Shown here: in pieces, positions 18,899-27,428 of the stretch
Position numbering within the stretch: position 1 is the first letter of the stretch
Layout: each line of letters opens with the position of its first letter
Position numbers and translations under genes: made by a program
From: a virus
Direction: 5' to 3' (one strand)
Length of the DNA stretch: 64,000 bases
Virus record (IMG/VR): IMGVR_UViG_3300023174_000079
Coordinates: 32,001 to 96,000 of that record
Notes under the pieces: model-generated
What the model was told of the DNA's origin: nothing
Database searches by the model: none
The model's input: only the letters and a program-made list of their open reading frames with translations

Positions 18899-19588
18899 TT
18901 AATAGCTAGCATACTCTTGTAAAAACTTTGTTTGATTTTCTGCAAATATCTTGTCATTGAGGTCTCTTAACCCTGGTGAGTTATGGTACGTAAGAATCGG
19001 AATAACACCAAGTCGGAGTTTCTTTTTATTTGCATCTAAGCAGCTTGAAAGATCATAGTGATGAAAGGTATAGTTTTCATTAAACTGCCAACCTACCTCA
19101 ATAGCCTTCTTTACATTTAAGGACATAAAAGCACCGTCAATGAGAGCGACTCTAGCTGGGCTCGGGCCAAAATTTGTAATCGAAGTAGTTCTACCATCAG
19201 GGAGGTAATGACCGGCAAATCCTCTCAAATTACCTCCTTGAAAGCCACCACACATAACATGCCAGAGGGCAGGTGCTTTGAGAGCCGGATTCAAACCTCC
19301 TGCGACACCAATTAGATCATACTCTCTATGCGCCTCTTCAAGCTTAAAGATAAATCCAGCGTCGTCAATCCACATATCATCGTGCACAAAGAGTACATAA
19401 TCATAAACAGGGTTCTCATATAAGAACTTGTTGTAAGCTTTACCGAGTCCGGTTTTATTTTGGGTAATAAAATGTGTTTTATCAAGTAGTGAGAGATTTG
19501 TTATTTTTTCGAGTTTAGCTAAACATTTATAGAGTAGCGTTTGTTTATAATCCGCTACTTGTGTGCATGATACAATTGCAAATGTCAT
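18899..19588 (-). CDS. Glycosyltransferase (GT-A, GT2-like)
   Basis: GLGKAYN, LFVHDD, LIGVAG, IDGAFM, FHHYDLSSC; ATGA overlap with the amidotransferase. Confidence 0.8.
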   Translation of the reverse strand: MTFAIVSCTQVADYKQTLLYKCLAKLEKITNLSLLDKTHFITQNKTGLGKAYNKFLYENPVYDYVLFVHDDMWIDDAGFIFKLEEAHREYDLIGVAGGLNPALKAPALWHVMCGGFQGGNLRGFAGHYLPDGRTTSITNFGPSPARVALIDGAFMSLNVKKAIEVGWQFNENYTFHHYDLSSCLDANKKKLRLGVIPILTYHNSPGLRDLNDKIFAENQTKFLQEYASY

Positions 19589-20268
19589 AAAATAAAAAAC
19601 GGTGAATTGTTTGTAAATCCCCCGACAGACGTTAGACCTTCTGGTGTGACAAGATATAATACTCCCTCCTCTAGAGGTGTTAGTCCGTCATCTGGAAGAG
19701 ATGAAATTGTATTATCTAGTATATTTGCGTAGAGTGTACTACCAGATCGTGCTATATAAACATTATGCGATTCTTTATTATAGATCCAGAGTCCGAAGGT
19801 ACCTTCTAGCTTTGATAGAACTTTACAAATTATATCTACTTCGTTAACAATTTCTTCTGAATACTGCTCGAGTAACGCGGGAATTACGGATGAATCAACT
19901 TCATTAAAACTTTCTTTGTTTCGTATCTTTGTTTTAAGCTTAGTGTCGTTAGTAAGTACCCCGTTATGCGCTACAACCCAAGAACCGCAAGCAAATGGGT
20001 GTGATGTTAGTTCATCGAACTCGCGTTGTGAGCTAGTGGGGGCTTGGGTGTGTCCCATAAAATAATAAAAATCAGATGGCTTCATTTGAATATCAATATT
20101 ATTGATGATCATATTTTTCGAAAGCTCTACTGTGCCTTTGGCTTTCATAGCCGCGTCGTATTTGTAACTGAGAAATAAAGCTCCGTAAGCAAAATTGCCT
20201 CTTTCTTTATTCTTATTATAAAGCTTCATATATTTGCTAAAATCGCTAGCAGTAAAGATTCCACACAT
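19585..20268 (-). CDS. Class II (Ntn) glutamine amidotransferase
   Basis: N-terminal MCGIF, GHTQAPT, HPF, AHNGVL, DS, LEGTF. Confidence 0.88.
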   Translation of the reverse strand: MCGIFTASDFSKYMKLYNKNKERGNFAYGALFLSYKYDAAMKAKGTVELSKNMIINNIDIQMKPSDFYYFMGHTQAPTSSQREFDELTSHPFACGSWVVAHNGVLTNDTKLKTKIRNKESFNEVDSSVIPALLEQYSEEIVNEVDIICKVLSKLEGTFGLWIYNKESHNVYIARSGSTLYANILDNTISSLPDDGLTPLEEGVLYLVTPEGLTSVGGFTNNSPFFIL

Positions 20269-20308
20269 TATGAATATATTATACCCTCAAGAATAAATAA
20301 TTCAAGAC

Positions 20309-21208
20309 ATGAATAAAGATAGTCACTTAATTTTTGAAGCATATCGTAAGCGTTTTGTTACCGAAGCTCCTATTAGTGCCGAATATGAGCCTTTTGCTGC
20401 AGCCACTAAAGGAGCTATTGTAGGTCGGGGAGGAGATACATATCTTTTTTCAGATTTAATGAAGAAAACCGGTAAATCGTCTGATGAGGTCGTAGAGATG
20501 ATTGTAAAGCCTGTCTTTGATGCTCTTTTCCCTGGTGGTCGTTTTGATGCGGAAGGGTCAGAAAAGGAGCAATTAAACAGCTTACAAACTGCTATTCATA
20601 GTGAGCTCGTTCATCTTGGATATCCCAAGGCTCGTGCTGGTTATACAGCTCGTATTATTAAGAACGCTGTAGCCCCTGCTGTTAAATTCCTTAGCGACAA
20701 GGCAGAAAGTGGTGATGCTGTTAATCACGACGACGTTGAGGATGCCGTTGTTGGCTCAATTGAAGACACAAACGATCAAGCAGGTCAAGAGCTTAAAGCT
20801 GCCCCAGCTGATCACGGTCATACAGCCTCAAACGAAGATAGAGAGACAAGTGCATTAATCCAACATACCGTTGATCAAGTTGGTGACGGTATAAATGAAA
20901 ATGAGCTTGTCGATGCTTTAAAGCAGTTTGTAGTTCAAAAGGACCCTGAAGTAAGCGAAGCGAGAGCAACTGGTCGTGTCCGCGGTATTATTAGTAAGCT
21001 TGTTACATCGAAAGTTCTTGCCAAGAGGGGTAATATTATTGAACCAGGTGACAACGCTGATGAATTTGCTGAGAAGGGTGATCTTTCACTTGTATCAGTC
21101 GATCCTGAAGAATATGCAGCTCGTGAATTTGGTGTGGGTAGTAGGCCTACAACAGGTCGCCAGGTGTTTGGCGGCGAGAGCGGGCGCCATGGCGTCGACT
21201 TCGGTTAA
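20309..21208 (+). CDS. Hypothetical late protein on the opposite strand within the replication block
   Basis: 299 aa; ATAAATA upstream; MNKDSHLIFEAY leader. Confidence 0.7.
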   Translation: MNKDSHLIFEAYRKRFVTEAPISAEYEPFAAATKGAIVGRGGDTYLFSDLMKKTGKSSDEVVEMIVKPVFDALFPGGRFDAEGSEKEQLNSLQTAIHSELVHLGYPKARAGYTARIIKNAVAPAVKFLSDKAESGDAVNHDDVEDAVVGSIEDTNDQAGQELKAAPADHGHTASNEDRETSALIQHTVDQVGDGINENELVDALKQFVVQKDPEVSEARATGRVRGIISKLVTSKVLAKRGNIIEPGDNADEFAEKGDLSLVSVDPEEYAAREFGVGSRPTTGRQVFGGESGRHGVDFG

Positions 21209-21939
21209 GCCAGCAATCTATCCCAAGGAATGTCTTTAGAATAAGATATCGGATCCTTGATACCAGCCTGAATAAAACCCTGTAATCTTAAAGAGCATGC
21301 GGTACATTCACCGCACGCAAGATCCAATCCTTCATAACAGGTCCACGTGCGACTAAAGTCGACACCAAGCTCAATCCCCATTTCAATAATTTCTTTCTTG
21401 GACTTATTAATTAACGGAGCTTCGACTTTTATCTTGTTTCTCCTGTTAAGAGCAGTGATATTGTTGATTGCAGAAAGGAACTCTGGCGACCCATCCCAAA
21501 ATCCTGCGACACTATCGGCTTGCGCAGCACCATGGTAGACAGTCGTAGCGTCAAATTGCTCAGCAAACGAGCAAGCAATACTTAAAAGCATCATATTCCT
21601 AAAAGGTACGTAGTTTTGATTTTGGGGATCACCCATGACGTCTTTCGCTTTAGCAACGTCAATCTCACGATTGAGCAAGGCTGAATTCTTGATCAAGTCA
21701 AAAAACGGAAGCTTAACTACTGTGTTAAAACACACATTTTTTTCGTCATCTCCCTCTCGAATCACGTTAATTTGATAGTCAGCGCACTCAAGCTCTTTCC
21801 TGTGTCTCTGACCGTAGTCAAACGAAATTGCGTAGACGTTATCAAAATTAGATGCAGCGTGATGTAGTAACACTGTACTATCCATCCCACCGGAAACCGG
21901 TACAATAACTCCAGTTTTTACGTTATTCTCCTTGTTCAT
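21205..21939 (-). CDS. queC: 7-cyano-7-deazaguanine synthase
   Basis: SGGMDS, FDYGQRH, YVPFRN, TWTCY...CGECTAC; start at MNKEN inferred. Confidence 0.95.
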   Translation of the reverse strand: MNKENNVKTGVIVPVSGGMDSTVLLHHAASNFDNVYAISFDYGQRHRKELECADYQINVIREGDDEKNVCFNTVVKLPFFDLIKNSALLNREIDVAKAKDVMGDPQNQNYVPFRNMMLLSIACSFAEQFDATTVYHGAAQADSVAGFWDGSPEFLSAINNITALNRRNKIKVEAPLINKSKKEIIEMGIELGVDFSRTWTCYEGLDLACGECTACSLRLQGFIQAGIKDPISYSKDIPWDRLLA

Positions 21940-23059
21940 CAGAAATCGCTTCAAGCTCATCTTCAACAGTAGGACTACCGTTGTATTTGTAATCTTCTGC
22001 TAGCTTCTTGTCAAGTTCGGGGATGATAAAGTCTTCAAAGAATGATGCATCTTTAACAAAATTCTTAGCATAACCGAGTTTATCACCCTTTTTATACTTA
22101 CCACTATCTACACCGACGAGATATGTGGATCCAGTCTGCTCAACAATACCACGTGCTGCTGCCATCTGTAACAACCCACTGTACTTGTTAAGTCCTGACT
22201 TAAAGGAAAGGTACATTTCTGCCTCTAAAAACGGTGGGACAAAGCGATTTTTCACTGTTAGTGCACGAAGTGTGACGCCTGAGTATTTGTTAGCCTCAGC
22301 AAGCTTATCAGTCTTAAGATTACCTGAATCACCCTCTCCCTCCTTCTCATTACGCTTGGCAAGCTGTACCAAGATACTAGCCATATATACAGGTCCTGAC
22401 CCACCAGACTGTGTTTTTACAAGTGTTGGAAACATAGCACCGGGATCAGAGTAAGTATGGTTAGTGAACATGATCGTTACACCGGCCTTACCTGCTTTAT
22501 AGGTAAGCGTACGAAGCATCGACTTAAGCGACTTAGCACGGGTACCCATATCCATAGCTGATTTATCCTTAGCAATATCATCAATTTCCTTCTGTGATGA
22601 AAGGTTACCAAGACTGTCAATACTGATAATAAACTTACCTTGCTGATTGCTTTCAATAACACTATCAAGGAATCCAGAGATCTGATTACGGCATTGATCA
22701 ACTGTATAAACTGGTACATATTTCGTCTTACTAGCATCGAGACCTACTCCCTTCGTCGAACTCTCATCAATAGCAAACTCTGTATCGAAGATGACAGGAA
22801 TAACGCCTTGCTTCTGAGCATTAGCGAGAATCTTATTCACAACAAATGTCTTACCAGTCATCGACTCACCTGAAAACCCTACAATTCTACCCTTAGGTAT
22901 GCCTCCTTTACGACAGCTACCGCCAAGAATAGCATTGAGCGCGTAACACCCGGTATCATACCAAGTATCAACATTTGACAATGCATTCTCATCAAGCATC
23001 GTTGCTTCGCTATTCATTGAATCAAGTTTCTTAAAAATATTATCAATCTCTTTACTCAT
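21923..23059 (-). CDS. uvsX: RecA-like recombinase UvsX
   Basis: DTGCYALN, GESMTGKT, FDTE, IDSLGNL, TNHTY, SGGSG, KNRF. Confidence 0.93.
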   Translation of the reverse strand: MSKEIDNIFKKLDSMNSEATMLDENALSNVDTWYDTGCYALNAILGGSCRKGGIPKGRIVGFSGESMTGKTFVVNKILANAQKQGVIPVIFDTEFAIDESSTKGVGLDASKTKYVPVYTVDQCRNQISGFLDSVIESNQQGKFIISIDSLGNLSSQKEIDDIAKDKSAMDMGTRAKSLKSMLRTLTYKAGKAGVTIMFTNHTYSDPGAMFPTLVKTQSGGSGPVYMASILVQLAKRNEKEGEGDSGNLKTDKLAEANKYSGVTLRALTVKNRFVPPFLEAEMYLSFKSGLNKYSGLLQMAAARGIVEQTGSTYLVGVDSGKYKKGDKLGYAKNFVKDASFFEDFIIPELDKKLAEDYKYNGSPTVEDELEAISDEQGE

Positions 23060-23068
23060 ATAGTACCT

Positions 23069-23096
23069 ATTATACTGTCATATTATTTGTAATCAA
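23069..23096 (-). promoter_or_regulatory. Sigma70-like promoter of uvsX-queC
   Basis: TTGATT-N16-TATAAT, 9 nt before the ATG. Confidence 0.65.
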
Positions 23097-23107
23097 GAGC
23101 ATAAAAT

Positions 23108-23138
23108 AAAAAAAACGCCCGACCTAAGCCGGGCGTTT
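23108..23138 (-). terminator. Rho-independent terminator
   Basis: Minus strand AAACGCCCG-gcttaggt-CGGGCGTTT followed by a T run. Confidence 0.85.
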
Positions 23139-23168
23139 AATCTGGTTTCTTTGAGAGCAGATTACGGT

Positions 23169-23528
23169 TTACTCATCAAAAAGCTTTACAACTGCAGGCT
23201 CGGTAGTCGGTGTAGCTGCAGGAGCTGTAAAGAGCTTGCTATACTGATCAACAAGACGAGGATCATTGTCAACATCGACGCCGACAACAACGTTAGCATA
23301 GTGATACTTCCAAGTCGTGCCATTCTCCTTTGACTTATCACCGACGAATTCGCGGAAATAAAGAGGAATAGTCTGAACGTTAAGCTGACCCTGTTGAGTT
23401 GGCTGGACGTGAATAATAGCGGGGTTCTTTACAAGAAAGGACGCACCGTTGTCTACATCACCAACAGCCTCGCCAATAATAGTGCGGCCGATGTGATCAA
23501 TGAAGGTAAGAAGTTTTGTTTCGCTCAT
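23169..23528 (-). CDS. Hypothetical beta-rich protein (possibly Sm-like fold)
   Basis: 119 aa; IIGE...LVKNPAII; has its own promoter and terminator. Confidence 0.65.
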   Translation of the reverse strand: MSETKLLTFIDHIGRTIIGEAVGDVDNGASFLVKNPAIIHVQPTQQGQLNVQTIPLYFREFVGDKSKENGTTWKYHYANVVVGVDVDNDPRLVDQYSKLFTAPAATPTTEPAVVKLFDE

Positions 23529-23565
23529 ATCTCTTATATATTAAGCTATCGATTATTAAAATCAA

Positions 23566-26154
23566 CTAATTCATGCCAAGAAGATCGAAAAGATCAATTT
23601 GTACGTCATTACCGGGCTTCTTTACTGTCCAGTTAACTGCTTCATAAAAACGCTCAATAACTGAATAGATAATCTTTTCAAACATCTTCTCATAGTCGAT
23701 CTCAAACACTGATTGAAACTCCTTTGGATAGTAATATTTGTATCCTACAACAGATAGACCGAAACTATTTGGCTTCTTAACCTCAAAGAAGCGTACCTTA
23801 TCACCTGACGCCATCTTCTCGTATTTTCTTTCAATACCAAATCTATCAAGAAGAATATTATGGTAGTACGCAGCTTTAACATGCTTAGGCATTCCTTTTA
23901 CTGTCTCAAAGCCGCTGCATCGGTTAGCGTATTTTTCATATCCTTTTACACCCATCACAAATGCAATGTCCTCGAGAGGTAAACTCTTAAAGATTTCATA
24001 CGTCTCGTTAAATATTTTATTTGTCATTGTGTAGTCTTTGGTAAGAAGCATTGTTTCAATAATCTTCTTTACATAAGGTTTGATAGGAGCAGGCATTGTA
24101 GTACGTACTACTTCAACGCCTGTATACTTAAACTTTTTACCTGGTATACCTTCAACGTCGAGAGTATGTAGAACATAGCGCTTCTTAGCTAAGAATAAAC
24201 CTACATCTGCAATCGCTTCACGTTTGAACACTAGACGGCAGTCCTTTGATCCTAAAGAACTCTTTCCCCATACAATAATCTCCTTATTTAAATGATCTTC
24301 AATTTCTTCGACTGCCTTATAGTACTCAGGTGCAACATTACCGTCTTTATCAAAGACGGGTATTTTTTTCGCTTTAACTAAATGCTTAATAGAAATGTAG
24401 CTAGAGTCGGTATCGTTATAGATAATAGGAGAATTCTCTTGCAATTCTTCATCGGATAACCCGGTATTCGTTTTAATATAATCCGTTAAGATACGATTAG
24501 ATTCCTTAATAACTGCTTGACCTGTAAGCGTGATTGAATTTGCTAAATCGTCATCTCCAAGTGGACTGTGTTTGTTACCGAAGTATCCATATACAGTGTT
24601 CATCAAGATCTTTATTGTATGTTGACGAATATTAAGCCGATCTACTTCAACTTGAAGATCTTTATATTCCTGTGTATCATCCTTAAGAGTAACAAGCTTC
24701 TTTTTAGCTTTTGTAAGCTGCTTCTTTACTTCAACACGCTTACTGTAATAGTAATCAATTGTATCAGGAATGATGCCTTTCTCTTTTTGTGTAAACAAGA
24801 TCTTAGCTCTTGAGATAGCTATCTCTTCCTGCTTAACAAACGAAGCAAACTTATCATGATTGAGCGTAAAAGTCTGCCCATTAACATGCTTGATTGTTAT
24901 ATCTTTTTCTGTACTGTTAACAATCTTCCCGACTTTTGTCTCGGGTGAAAGATTTAACGTGATCATCGTGTTTGGATACAGGCTATTTGCGTCAAGAGAT
25001 ACTATATGCTCTTGGAATCCTTTCTGAGGATCGGCAACATAAGCGCCTTCGTTCTTTGGACCTTCTTTAACATCTTTAACAAACGTAGGGATACGCTTAT
25101 CTTTTAACCGAGCTCGTATGGAGCAAAGCCCGGTAATGACTGACAGTGATCCTAGAGCACCTTCAAACGTCGTAAGACCAGCGTACGCGATCATTCTCAA
25201 TAATTGAATGTACTGAAGTTTTTGTTCCAGTCTTACAAGCAGATTAACGTCTTGAATATTGTAATCAACGAATGTATCCCAATCACCATCTGCTAGTTCT
25301 GTAAGATTTTGATCACCGTAATCAATCTTTCTCTCCTGTAATTCAATTTCACCGATTGCATCTAGCTTATAGGACTCGCGTAATGTCTGACAAAAGCGCT
25401 TATAGATATCGAGATAATCTACACAAGAAAGCCCTTCAATGTGCCATTTGACTTGCTCTCTACCATACTTTCCCATAAACGTTCTTGAACGTAATGAACC
25501 TGCAGGAGAAAGTCTTTGCATAGCCTCTTCGCCAAGAACCTTTCTTACCCTATTAATAACATACGGTACGTCAAAGAACTCTGAGTTCCATCCTGAAAGA
25601 ATATCTGGATAATCTTTGCTAAAGAAATCTACAAACTTACGTAGTAATTCCTCTTCAGTCTTACATGCTATATAAACAACATCAGATGATTTAGCTGTAT
25701 AAGGCTTAAGTCCCCAAGAATAAAATTTCTTCGTAATTGTATCATAAATGGTAATAATATTAATTGTATCGTTCGGATCTTGGGGATCAGGAAATGCATC
25801 TGGTGAATAGGTCTCGATATCGATAAAATGTACCTTCAATTGATGCTTTGTAAAATCGGGCTTTTCATTCTCTTGCCAGTATGCATCGATTAAGAACTGT
25901 TGATAGACGTTAAAGTTTTCAAAGACTCTTGTTACTTTATTATCCTTAAGATACCGCGAACGATCGTATTGATTCCTAAATCTCTTCTTCTTTAACTTAG
26001 TATTGAAGATGCTCATAGCATCAGGAGCATTATTTGTCTCAAGATAAATGTATGGCTCGTACGTAGAGGGTATTGTTATTCGTTTACCGTTTTCATCCCA
26101 AGTATGAAGGTAAATTGTCTGTTCTTGCGGAGAGTATGAAACGTTCCTATACAC
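23566..26154 (-). CDS. gp43: Family B DNA polymerase (gp43-like)
   Basis: Exo DIET, GWNSEFFDVPY, YNIQD; Pol DANSLYPN, KILMNTVYGY, YNDTDS, KKRY. Confidence 0.97.
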   Translation of the reverse strand: MYRNVSYSPQEQTIYLHTWDENGKRITIPSTYEPYIYLETNNAPDAMSIFNTKLKKKRFRNQYDRSRYLKDNKVTRVFENFNVYQQFLIDAYWQENEKPDFTKHQLKVHFIDIETYSPDAFPDPQDPNDTINIITIYDTITKKFYSWGLKPYTAKSSDVVYIACKTEEELLRKFVDFFSKDYPDILSGWNSEFFDVPYVINRVRKVLGEEAMQRLSPAGSLRSRTFMGKYGREQVKWHIEGLSCVDYLDIYKRFCQTLRESYKLDAIGEIELQERKIDYGDQNLTELADGDWDTFVDYNIQDVNLLVRLEQKLQYIQLLRMIAYAGLTTFEGALGSLSVITGLCSIRARLKDKRIPTFVKDVKEGPKNEGAYVADPQKGFQEHIVSLDANSLYPNTMITLNLSPETKVGKIVNSTEKDITIKHVNGQTFTLNHDKFASFVKQEEIAISRAKILFTQKEKGIIPDTIDYYYSKRVEVKKQLTKAKKKLVTLKDDTQEYKDLQVEVDRLNIRQHTIKILMNTVYGYFGNKHSPLGDDDLANSITLTGQAVIKESNRILTDYIKTNTGLSDEELQENSPIIYNDTDSSYISIKHLVKAKKIPVFDKDGNVAPEYYKAVEEIEDHLNKEIIVWGKSSLGSKDCRLVFKREAIADVGLFLAKKRYVLHTLDVEGIPGKKFKYTGVEVVRTTMPAPIKPYVKKIIETMLLTKDYTMTNKIFNETYEIFKSLPLEDIAFVMGVKGYEKYANRCSGFETVKGMPKHVKAAYYHNILLDRFGIERKYEKMASGDKVRFFEVKKPNSFGLSVVGYKYYYPKEFQSVFEIDYEKMFEKIIYSVIERFYEAVNWTVKKPGNDVQIDLFDLLGMN

Positions 26155-26160
26155 ACCAAT

Positions 26161-26189
26161 AGTATACTACCACTAATTATTGCAATCAA
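26161..26189 (-). promoter_or_regulatory. Sigma70-like promoter of the DNA polymerase gene
   Basis: TTGATT-N17-TATACT, 6 nt before the GTG start. Confidence 0.65.
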
Positions 26190-27424
26190 GCCTTAATACC
26201 ATTAATAGCATTAAGCAACTTTCTATCTTTATGACCGAAGGGAAGTGTATGAAGCTCAACATATTTGTTGATATTGTCCTCGTTCTCTAACCAACGATCT
26301 TCAGCCATCTTACGCATTTTAGCAGATATGTTCATATATCTACCTTTCTTAGAGAGAACATCATCCACGATATCAATCATCTCCTCACCGGTGTCAAACT
26401 TATACGGCGCGTTTTCGTACGTAACAAGATTCTGACAGGCAATTGGCAAACCGTAGCAGCATGCTTCGACGAGCTTAAGATCAGATTTTGCTTTGTTAAA
26501 CGTATTATCCTGAAGAGGAGCGACCATCATCTGGACATTCAAGCTAGCAATCTTTTCTGGATATCTATAGAGGGTCTCCCATGGGTGGTATTCAAACTCT
26601 TTGCTCTGAATAAGATCATGAAGTGGTAGTGGGTATGCACCGAGGAATACCCACTGATATTTGTCCTTTGTTGCGCGAATTACCTGATTAACATGCGCAA
26701 AGTCATCATTTTGTCCAACACGATTATCAACATCAAAATGAGCTCCAGAGCCGGCGTAAAGAATTCGAGGCTTCTTTTGATAGCGATCGTAATTATCTGA
26801 AATTTTCTTTTCGTTATAGAAGTTTCCCATCCAGAATTTTGGCGGGTAATTAGGAATAACAGTAACGTTCTTGTTAGCAGTTTTACCCATATAGTACTCT
26901 TTCATGAAATCACAGGTTACTGTAATCTCATCGCACAGCTCCATAATCTCTTGTGCTGTTTTGCGAATTTCAGGATTAACAAAAGCTGGCTTGAACTTAT
27001 TGTACTCGGGAATATCTTCACTAAACACGAGATCATCAATCTCGTAAATAATTCTAAAACCTAATTGCTTACTAAGCTCTTTAAGAAATTTAACAAATTG
27101 AAGCTGATGCGGCGTGGCTTGACGTTGAATGCGTACGCATTCTGTTCCTCGAAAATAATTCGGATCAAAACACATCATCGTACTACCGTGTACAACCATC
27201 TTTTGATGAGCGTTTAAGATATGTTCAGGCCAAATCAATCGCCAAAATCCACAACCGCTATAATCTGCATAGTAATTCATTACTCGTTTTAACGAGAGTT
27301 CAGGAGGTTGTGGTAGGGCCTCGGGTACAGATTGTTGTATAGGCTGCATCCCGAATGGCGCCACAAAGGGAGAAGTGAAAGGTGAGGCAAAGGGCGATGC
27401 AAACGGGCTCGGTGTCATGTTCAT
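26186..27424 (-). CDS. Glycosyltransferase (GT-B-like) between gp46 and gp43
   Basis: SGCGFWR, YEIDD, VIPNY, APLQDNTFNKAKSDLKLVE; N-terminal SPF repeats. Confidence 0.75.
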   Translation of the reverse strand: MNMTPSPFASPFASPFTSPFVAPFGMQPIQQSVPEALPQPPELSLKRVMNYYADYSGCGFWRLIWPEHILNAHQKMVVHGSTMMCFDPNYFRGTECVRIQRQATPHQLQFVKFLKELSKQLGFRIIYEIDDLVFSEDIPEYNKFKPAFVNPEIRKTAQEIMELCDEITVTCDFMKEYYMGKTANKNVTVIPNYPPKFWMGNFYNEKKISDNYDRYQKKPRILYAGSGAHFDVDNRVGQNDDFAHVNQVIRATKDKYQWVFLGAYPLPLHDLIQSKEFEYHPWETLYRYPEKIASLNVQMMVAPLQDNTFNKAKSDLKLVEACCYGLPIACQNLVTYENAPYKFDTGEEMIDIVDDVLSKKGRYMNISAKMRKMAEDRWLENEDNINKYVELHTLPFGHKDRKLLNAINGIKA

Positions 27425-27428
27425 ATAA

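Noticed and set aside
19585-21939. QatABCD-type defence system (amidotransferase plus QueC-like)
   Set aside because: No KAP NTPase or TatD nearby; QueC is canonical in size and accompanied by folE, queD and queE.
23566-26154. Intein, split or unusual catalytic site in the DNA polymerase
   Set aside because: A continuous 862-aa ORF with all exonuclease and polymerase motifs; YNDTDS is within normal variation.
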